Source of the DNA: Acaryochloris marina MBIC11017 | GTDB lineage: Bacteria > Cyanobacteriota > Cyanobacteriia > Thermosynechococcales > Thermosynechococcaceae | DNA length: 32,000 nt | Reading direction: 5' to 3' | NCBI RefSeq assembly: GCF_000018105.1 | Contig: NC_009925.1 | Span: forward strand, 1,560,001 to 1,592,000 | Shown: positions 9,274 to 14,945 of the stretch, piece by piece | Position numbering within the stretch: the first letter of the stretch is position 1 | Layout of the letters: each line of letters begins with the position of its first letter | Position numbers and translations under genes: made by a program | Notes under the pieces: model-generated | What the model was told of the DNA's origin: nothing | Databases searched by the model: none | What the model saw: only the letters and a program-made list of their open reading frames with translations

Positions 9274-9675
9274 ATGACAAAAGATTCGGATGAATACGGC
9301 TACATTATCAACGAGCTTCTAGGCTCAAGGTTTGAGCGAAGTTTGGCAGCGAACTCTTTGAAATTGCACTTTGGCACACATAAAGCTGGCCCCCAAGGAA
9401 CACACTATATTTGGATTGATCCACCTTGGGAATTCTACGGCCCGAATGGGCTTATCGCCGATTCCAGCTACCCCGGTGATGATCGTTTTAAAGAATGGAG
9501 TGCACTGTTTGCTCCAATTAACGAAAGTGTTCTTGAGAGATGGACTGTTCCAGATGAAGGGGGAGCAGAATTTTACTTCTCCGATGGCTATCGATTAACC
9601 CTGGATGCAGGATACGAGGCCCGGGGCGATGATGACTGGTATGGCCATTGGTATGCTGCTGTAAGGAATACCTAA
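9274..9675 (+). CDS. Hypothetical protein (133 aa)
   Basis: The frame is open from an ATG and the protein is W/Y/D-rich with no recognised motif. The repeat R1+R2 precedes it. Confidence 0.55.
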   Translation: MTKDSDEYGYIINELLGSRFERSLAANSLKLHFGTHKAGPQGTHYIWIDPPWEFYGPNGLIADSSYPGDDRFKEWSALFAPINESVLERWTVPDEGGAEFYFSDGYRLTLDAGYEARGDDDWYGHWYAAVRNT

Positions 9676-9798
9676 CCCACTTTTGCTTAACAGATATTCT
9701 GTTAGTTCTCTATCCCTTCTAAACCCCAGACTTAGTGGCGAGTTGTAAGTATTCAGATTTTAGGTTGGGGAGAGCAATCTCGCGCAGGGCTTTGCAAC

Positions 9799-9838
9799 CC
9801 TAAGATTCTCAACCTCGGTTTTCTTAATATGGTGAGCG
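9799..9838 (+). repeat. Dispersed short repeat, copy B (R1 type)
   Basis: cctaagattctcaacctcggttttcttaatatggtgagcg is about 80 percent identical to 9167-9206 in the same orientation (hand alignment). Confidence 0.6.
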
Positions 9839-9981
9839 TTTGCAAGCTGAGTAGCGCACTGATGCTGAAAAAAAAATAGCTATGAGCGCTATCTTGCACA
9901 TCCATTCCAGTGCAGGGTTAGATAAAAGCATACCCGAAGGTCGCACTTTCAAAATAGCAGGGGCAAGATGCTCGGAGTTCA

Positions 9982-10437
9982 TTACTCTCGCTCAGAGATT
10001 ATAAGCTCTTCACCCACAATCTCAAGTCGGATACTAAGGGGTGGCTCGTGGCTGAAACTGATTATCTGCTCAACAAGCTCATCAGTCTCCTCTTTTGAAA
10101 GACCATATTCATTAAGGTAGTACATGTATCCTTCGAGGTCATCGTGAGTTAGTGGCTTGCCACCTATCAGACGCAAGTCATCATTACTAACAAGTGCTCT
10201 GGCATCAACAGGAGCATGGCCGATAAACGGAGACAACTCAACTAGTTCACTAAGGGTTGGAATGGTGGAGAATTTATCAGTGAACAAAGCTGCATGATAA
10301 GCATCACGGTTGAAATCAAGGAGACGGAACATTGAGATCTCACCGCTATCTTCTGGTATGGATGCATAGTAGCCGCCCCAGGCAATGTCTATATCTAGCA
10401 ACGTGCTTATCATCCTCCACTTCACTAAGCGGCGCAT
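9982..10437 (-). CDS. Hypothetical protein (151 aa; an alternative start is the ATG at 10413)
   Basis: AT-rich open frame with no recognised family. The C-terminal part is acidic. Confidence 0.5.
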   Translation of the reverse strand: MRRLVKWRMISTLLDIDIAWGGYYASIPEDSGEISMFRLLDFNRDAYHAALFTDKFSTIPTLSELVELSPFIGHAPVDARALVSNDDLRLIGGKPLTHDDLEGYMYYLNEYGLSKEETDELVEQIISFSHEPPLSIRLEIVGEELIISERE

Positions 10438-10467
10438 TAATCATAACAGTGATGTGGGGCCTAACAG

Positions 10468-10499
10468 CTGGATAATACCCCTGAAGCCAAGATTATCCA
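10468..10499 (+). repeat. Dispersed short repeat, copy C (R2 type)
   Basis: ctggataatacccctgaagccaagattatcca aligns with R2 at 9208-9239, about 26 of 33 positions by hand. Confidence 0.6.
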
Positions 10500-10543
10500 A
10501 TGTAGAATTAAATAACGCAATTATTTTGGATTCATCAGGTTTT

Positions 10544-10576
10544 TGGGAATAATTCCCCCAGAGCCAGAGTTATCAT
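10544..10576 (+). repeat. Dispersed short repeat, copy D (R2 type, more diverged), 49 nt upstream of the ATG at 10625
   Basis: tgggaataattcccccagagccagagttatcat aligns with R2: gaata..ccc..ga(a/g).c(c)ag..ttatcat. Confidence 0.45.
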
Positions 10577-10624
10577 CTGCCATCCGTATCAATAATAGTT
10601 AGCCCATCATAGACACCACCACTG

Positions 10625-11131
10625 ATGGCCACATTGCATGACATTATTCGACGTATACGGAATTGCCAGACTAACGAAACAGGTTGGCTCTACATCGCTG
10701 GCGCGTCAGTCGATCTCTCACTCACAACCGATGCTGAACTCGGCTGCCCCAACTTCGACGAAGAGATAGAATCGGCAGGTTTCGCGGAAGATAACCTACG
10801 CCCAACAATCGACATCAGCACTCTCACAGACTGTATCGAATGGGCTGATCGTCTTTCCGGCTCAAACGATGACAACGCAGTACTGGACATAATCCGTTAC
10901 TACATCCGATTCGACGCGTGGCCCGAAACACTCAATGCCCCTGGCCCACCGCCACCAGAAGCATCAATTCGTGACCTTGATCGCCAATTCGCCGATCAGC
11001 TCGGACCAGAAGATCAATCCAAACCGTGTCGCCATGACGACTGTGATCGCGGCACAGTAACACTCAGTGTATTCTGTCGTCGTCACCATTTTGAAAGCAT
11101 ACAGAATCGTCCATACCCATTCGACGACTGA
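10625..11131 (+). CDS. Hypothetical protein (168 aa) with a C-terminal Cys/His cluster
   Basis: GC-rich open frame (about 58 percent in a sampled line) next to AT-rich neighbours. The C-terminus reads CRHDDCDRGTVTLSVFCRRHHF (C-x4-C-x10-C-x2-HH), which could bind zinc. Confidence 0.6.
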   Translation: MATLHDIIRRIRNCQTNETGWLYIAGASVDLSLTTDAELGCPNFDEEIESAGFAEDNLRPTIDISTLTDCIEWADRLSGSNDDNAVLDIIRYYIRFDAWPETLNAPGPPPPEASIRDLDRQFADQLGPEDQSKPCRHDDCDRGTVTLSVFCRRHHFESIQNRPYPFDD

Positions 11132-11188
11132 CGCCGAAAAAATGGGTCTTTCATATTGGCTTCACCCAACGAAGACAAAAGCCATCAC

Positions 11189-11432
11189 TTAAGGCTCATA
11201 GACAAAAGAAGGGTTGGTAGGTTTCGGTGTGATCAGTCCATCTTCTTCATAGACCACCCGATCGGCGATATCCATAATCCGGGGGTCATGGGTGACCATG
11301 AGGACCGTGCAGCCTTCTTCCTTGGCTAATTTTCGCAGCAGTTCCATTATGGTGTGACCCCGCTGAGAGTCCAGGGCAGCCGTGGGTTCGTCTGCCAGAA
11401 TCAACTTGGGGCTTCCGGCTAACGCTCTTGCG
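11189..11432 (-). pseudogene. 3' fragment (last ~80 codons) of a DevA-type ABC transporter ATPase gene
   Basis: It reads ARALAGSPKLILADEPTAALDSQRGHTIMELLRKLAKEEGCTVLMVTHDPRIMDIADRVVY.EDGLITPKP, nearly identical to the C-terminus of 17252-18085. Homology stops abruptly at 11432, and Walker A, the Q-loop and the LSGGQ signature are absent. Confidence 0.88.
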
Positions 11433-11494
11433 CCTTTAATGCCAAACTCTCCAAGATAAAATGGAAATGGTAATCCCAAAGTGAGGTTAGACTC

Positions 11495-11767
11495 ATGGCC
11501 GTTCGCCAACGACGCCACAGTAAAGAAGAGTTAGCCAGACGTGGGCAAGAACTCTACGAGGCTGGCATTCGGCAGCAAGTCGAAGCAGAAAATGAGGGCA
11601 AAATCGTGGCGATCGATATTGAAACTGGAGAGTTTGAAGTGGATGAAACGCTCATGGGGGCAACCGATCGGCTTTTTGAACGTCAACCCGATGCTCAGCC
11701 TTGGACCCTTCGGATTGGACATAGTGCGGTCTATCATTTTGGAGCGAGGAGTCTGAAAAAAGATTAA
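11495..11767 (+). CDS. Small protein (90 aa), upstream partner of the retropepsin-like protease; antitoxin-like or adaptor-like, function unknown
   Basis: The N-terminus is basic (RQRRHSKEELARRGQELYEAGIRQQVEAE), followed by GKIVAIDIETGEFEVDE...PWTLRIGHSAVYHFG. Its TAA stop shares one nucleotide with the next ATG (TAATG at 11765-11769). Confidence 0.65.
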   Translation: MAVRQRRHSKEELARRGQELYEAGIRQQVEAENEGKIVAIDIETGEFEVDETLMGATDRLFERQPDAQPWTLRIGHSAVYHFGARSLKKD

Positions 11768-12135
11768 TGATTCATGGAGTTGTCAATTTTCGCTATGAAT
11801 TAACGCTTTCCCTCGCAGTTGGCAACTTGAATGGGCGACGAGAGTTCGTCAACACTGTCATTGATACCGGATTTGATGGATTCCTCTCTTTACCCTCTGA
11901 AATTATCATTCGTCTGGGATTACCTTGGAGAACCTCCAGCATAGCGACATTGGGTGATGGCAGCAAAACTCTGTTTGACTTTTACACTGGAACCGTCATC
12001 TGGGATGGTCAGTATCGCTCAATCGATATTGCTGAATCAGAGACGGAACCCCTGTTAGGATTGGCAATCCTTCGCGGATATCGATTGCAGGTCGATAATG
12101 TTGAGGGAGGTATCGTCACAATTGAAATGCTGTGA
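11767..12135 (+). CDS. Retropepsin-like clan AA aspartic protease, DTGF (AF_0612-type) family, single half-domain
   Basis: VIDTGFDGFLSLP contains the catalytic D-T-G plus the F that names the DTGF clade. The C-terminal LLGLAILRGY is typical of the dimerising half-protease. At 122 aa the size fits a homodimeric retropepsin. Confidence 0.8.
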   Translation: MIHGVVNFRYELTLSLAVGNLNGRREFVNTVIDTGFDGFLSLPSEIIIRLGLPWRTSSIATLGDGSKTLFDFYTGTVIWDGQYRSIDIAESETEPLLGLAILRGYRLQVDNVEGGIVTIEML

Positions 12136-12280
12136 TTGTGTGCAAATGCGATAAGAGGTTTAACCAGAGCTTACCGCTGGTGGCTTCAACACTCTGGTAT
12201 TAGCTTGAAGACGCTTGCCACGGCTGAAGTCCCAACCGTTATTTGTATATTGGCTCACCCAACGAAGACCAGATCCATCA

Positions 12281-12640
12281 CTAAGGTTCATGGACAAAAG
12301 AAGGATTGGCAGGTTTCGGTGTAATTAGTCCATCTTCTACATAGACCACCCGATCGGCGATATCGTCATGAGTCACCATTAGAACCGTGCAGCCTTCTTC
12401 CTTTGCTAATTTAGGCAGCGGTTCCATAATCGTAAGGTCCCGCTGAGAGTCCAGAGCGGCCGTGGGTTCATCTGCCAGAATCAGCTTGGGATTTCTGGCT
12501 AACGCTCTTGCGATCTCAACTCGCTGTTGCTGCCCACCCGATAGATTGCGGTGGGAACTCCAACATTTATTGGCGAGCCCAACTTGTTTCAGCAGTTTTA
12601 GGGAGTCTTGTCTCGCTACACGACTTTGGCTGCTCTTCAA
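12281..12640 (-). pseudogene. 3' fragment (about 115 codons) of a DevA-type ABC transporter ATPase gene, with an internal 12-nt deletion
   Basis: It reads LKLLKQVGLANK....LSGGQQQRVEIARALARNPKLILADEPTAALDSQRDLTIMEPLPKLAKEEGCTVLMVTHD----DIADRVVYVEDGLITPKPANPSFVHEP. Walker A is missing, and PRIM is deleted relative to the intact copy. Confidence 0.88.
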
Positions 12641-12667
12641 ATGGGTTGATTGATAAACCCATTTTTA
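12639..12667 (+). terminator. Hairpin with a short T-run; possible insulator or terminator upstream of the hli promoter
   Basis: aaatgggtt-gattgata-aacccattt forms a 9-bp stem and is followed by ttta. Confidence 0.35.
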
Positions 12668-12771
12668 TCACTAAGGCTGAAAAGTCCTTCCCACATGGGC
12701 TAGTGAGCCAAGTATTGGTGCTTGCTATCAAAAGACCTAGCAAGCATGGAGCAAAAAAGTGATTCACACAG

Positions 12772-12820
12772 TTGACAATATATTAAGTTATTGTTACATT
12801 TATTTACATAAGGTTACATC
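12772..12820 (+). promoter_or_regulatory. Promoter (TTGACA 12772-12777, -10-like TACATT 12795-12800) overlapped by three tandem HLR1 half-sites (12793-12820)
   Basis: GTTACATT-ta-TTTACATA-ag-GTTACATC fits the HLR1 unit (G/T)TTACA(T/A)(T/A) with 2-nt spacers (the last unit ends in C), three units in a row. Confidence 0.7.
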
Positions 12821-12847
12821 ACACATGATTTTACGGAGTCCAAGATT

Positions 12848-12991
12848 ATGAATTCATCCAACAACTTTTTTGGTTTCAATCCCTTTGCAGAAGCTTGGAG
12901 TGGTCGCCTAGCTATGGTCGGCATTTACATTGCCTTGATCATTGAACTCGTCACCGGCAAGGGTGTCCTACACTTCTGGGGATTGATGTAA
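12848..12991 (+). CDS. hli: High-light-inducible protein (HLIP / one-helix CAB-like protein), 47 aa; below the ORF-track size cut-off
   Basis: MNSSNNFFGFNPFAEAWSGRLAMVGIYIALIIELVTGKGVLHFWGLM carries the E-x-x-(N/S)GR-x-AM chlorophyll-binding helix motif of HLIPs. ACGGAGTC precedes the ATG, as in the second copy. Confidence 0.9.
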   Translation: MNSSNNFFGFNPFAEAWSGRLAMVGIYIALIIELVTGKGVLHFWGLM

Positions 12992-13115
12992 GTTCTGAAG
13001 TTGCAAAGCTTAGAACTCTCTTCCCGACTGCCGAAGGAAAACTTAAAGAGACGGAGATTTTTCCGTCCAAGCAGCCTCAACATTTCAGCCGTTCAAGCTT
13101 AATAAACTCTTCTTA

Positions 13116-13142
13116 AACCCAGCCAAAAAGGCTGGGTTTTTT
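13116..13142 (+). terminator. Rho-independent terminator of the first hli gene
   Basis: aacccagcc-aaaaa-ggctgggtt is followed by a T-run. Confidence 0.75.
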
Positions 13143-13219
13143 ATAGATGTTGCCGCTGCCAGTTGGAAGAGGGAAGAGCAGCAATTCACTGCCACCACCA
13201 TAGAAAGTTTGCGCTTTAG

Positions 13220-13248
13220 TTGACAAAACTTTACATAAAGTTTACGTT
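13220..13248 (+). promoter_or_regulatory. TTGACA (13220-13225) plus an HLR1-like pair with a 3-nt spacer (13230-13248)
   Basis: TTTACATA-aag-TTTACGTT. The second half-site has one mismatch and the period is 11 nt rather than 10. Confidence 0.5.
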
Positions 13249-13287
13249 AGTTCATATAAGTCATTTTCTATTACGGAGTCAAACACC

Positions 13288-13446
13288 ATGAGCATCAAAA
13301 ATCAGACTTGGGGTTTCAACAGCTTTGCAGAGACTTTCAGTGGCCGCTTAGCCATGTGGGGCTTTTTCGTTGCCTTGGTCACCGAGGCCTTAACCGGAAA
13401 AGGAATCCTTGGACAACTGACTGCATTTTTCTTCTTTGTTAACTAG
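13288..13446 (+). CDS. hli: High-light-inducible protein (HLIP), 52 aa; below the ORF-track size cut-off
   Basis: MSIKNQTWGFNSFAETFSGRLAMWGFFVALVTEALTGKGILGQLTAFFFFVN has the same E..SGRLAM helix motif. ACGGAGTC lies upstream. Confidence 0.85.
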   Translation: MSIKNQTWGFNSFAETFSGRLAMWGFFVALVTEALTGKGILGQLTAFFFFVN

Positions 13447-13494
13447 TAACGACTTGCGCCTAACTCATCATCCTGAATTACCTCTATCATTTGA

Positions 13495-13524
13495 CCCCAG
13501 TTGTGAACTGGGGTTATTTTTTTC
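13495..13524 (+). terminator. Rho-independent terminator of the second hli gene
   Basis: ccccagtt-gtga-aactgggg is followed by ttattttttt. Confidence 0.75.
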
Positions 13525-13549
13525 TCCATCTCTCCCATCCTTGAATCCT

Positions 13550-14168
13550 CCCCATGATGAAATCAAGCAACAGCGGACGGAACAACTCGACCAAGAGCCT
13601 ACAAAATGTCTGTTTCTCAGCTTCAGACAGACCTGAAGCTAGGTCAAACTGCCACCCGAAAAATGGTTGAGTCCAATTTACGATTGGTCGTCTCCGTCGC
13701 CAAGAAAGATAACAAAGCTCGAATTTCTCGTTCTGATTCAAGAAGGCACGATTGGCCTGCGACGAAGCGTAGAGAAATTCGACCCTACCAAAGGCTATCG
13801 ATTTTCTACCTATGCCTATTAGTGGATTCGACAAACCGTAACTCACGCAATTGCCGATTAAGAGCGAACCATTCGTTTGCCAATCCATATTAATGAAAAG
13901 TTAAGCAAGTTAAACGCCAGCTCTCCCTCAAGCTCCATCGTGACCCGACTATTGCGGAGTTAGCAGCGGCAATGGACCTTTCCCCGGAGAAAGTTGAAGC
14001 CTTCTGGAGTTATGATCGCCATTCGATTTCTTTGGATATACAGATTGGCGATCAGCCATGGGAGAGCGACTTAATGTGAGCCGAGAATGGGTGCGTCGGG
14101 TTGAGCGAGAAGCATTCCAACTGCTTCTGTCCCAGAAGGGGATCCTGCAAGAGTATATGGCGTCCTAA
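13550..14168 (+). pseudogene. Decayed sigma-70 family (group 2/3-like) sigma factor gene
   Basis: Three frames must be joined. The pieces are [16 protein letters not shown] (region 2.1), [63 protein letters not shown] (regions 2.2-2.4 with TAG and TAA in frame), HRDPTIAELAAAMDLSPEKVEAFWSYDRHSISLDIQIGDQ (region 3) and GERLNVSREWVRRVEREAFQLL (region 4.2). Region 1 and most of region 4.1 are missing. The start coordinate is approximate. Confidence 0.8.
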
Positions 14169-14201
14169 TCTAGAGCCCCTCAAACATCCTTCTATCTTTC
14201 C

Positions 14202-14238
14202 AGCTGCTCTTCTATGGAAGAGCAGCTTTTTTGTTTTA
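14202..14238 (+). terminator. Rho-independent terminator after the sigma pseudogene
   Basis: agctgctcttc-tatg-gaagagcagct forms an 11-bp perfect stem followed by tttttgtttt. Confidence 0.75.
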
Positions 14239-14252
14239 CATACATTTACAAA
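14235..14252 (+). promoter_or_regulatory. Orphan HLR1 box
   Basis: TTTACATA-ca-TTTACAAA is a perfect match to the HLR1 consensus. It overlaps the terminator T-run and precedes a ~200-bp AT-rich tract. Confidence 0.5.
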
Positions 14253-14467
14253 AATAATCGCCCCAAAAATTTCGTGACTTCATCACACGAATACTTAATC
14301 TATAATTTTTTGACTAAATAGACCTTAAATCTCTATAAAATCATTTTTTTATATCTTCAAGTGCTTATAGCTCTTTTTTAACGTTCAATCAATTGATTTA
14401 CGGTTTAAAGATCAAATATTTCTAAGTCAAATTTATATATCACAAAAAACTAAATATGTAAATCTAT

Positions 14468-14516
14468 TTGACACATCGTTACAAACTAGTTAATATAGTT
14501 TACATAACGTTACACA
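14468..14516 (+). promoter_or_regulatory. pgr5 promoter (TTGACA 14468-14473, 17-nt spacer, TAATAT 14491-14496) with an HLR1 box at 14499-14516
   Basis: TTTACATA-ac-GTTACACA lies immediately downstream of the -10 (the second unit ends in C-A). An extra half-site GTTACAAA is at 14478-14485. Confidence 0.65.
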
Positions 14517-14528
14517 AAGGAGTTCATC

Positions 14529-14726
14529 ATGTTTGCCCCTCTCGTCATCCTAGTCCGCAACATTGTTGGTCAGCCCAAATTTGTAAAGCTAAGAGGTAAA
14601 GCCATCGCTATGCACTCTAAAGCAATTACTAATGTCTGCAACCAAATGGGTATTGATCGGAGTCGCCGTCAAGGTTGGATTCGACTAGCTCGTGACAATG
14701 GCAAACGCCTTGGACTCCTAGCCTAA
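14529..14726 (+). CDS. pgr5: PGR5-like protein (cyclic electron flow around PSI; Ssr2016 homologue)
   Basis: MFAPLVILVRNIVGQPKFVKLRGKAIAMHSKAITNVCNQMGIDRSRRQGWIRLARDNGKRLGLLA is 65 aa and collinear with plant PGR5 and Synechocystis Ssr2016 as I remember them (MFAPIVILVR...RGKAIALHSQ...RQ.LIRLAK.NG..LG.LA). AAGGAG lies upstream. Confidence 0.85.
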   Translation: MFAPLVILVRNIVGQPKFVKLRGKAIAMHSKAITNVCNQMGIDRSRRQGWIRLARDNGKRLGLLA

Positions 14727-14945
14727 AGAGTCAGCGCAGTAGTGGGTGAATGTTATCCCCACCTCAAGATCTGAGCCTTGCTTTTCTTTACTTACATTTA
14801 GCTGTTCTGCAATCAAGTAATGCCCTTTCAAAACAGCTCAGTATTTCTTCACTGCTCGACAATTTGGTGATTGGACCTAGGTAGATTAAGGGCGTTTTTC
14901 ACCAAACGTTGAGCCACACACCACTTTTTAAACAAGGACCTTCTC

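Noticed and set aside
12567-12767. ORF MNHFFAPCLLGLLIAS... with a signal-peptide-like N-terminus
   Set aside because: It overlaps the devA fragment in another frame and runs into the hli promoter region. At most it is a chimeric remnant, with no supporting motif.
13514-13888. 124-aa ORF antisense to the sigma-factor remnant
   Set aside because: It is a mirror frame of a recognisable, though decayed, sigma gene, and it has no motifs.
14781-14808. Possible HLR1 box upstream of ftsH (cTTACAtt at 14791-14798)
   Set aside because: Only one half-site is present. The positions 10 nt upstream and downstream do not match the repeat, so it is not a credible HLR1.
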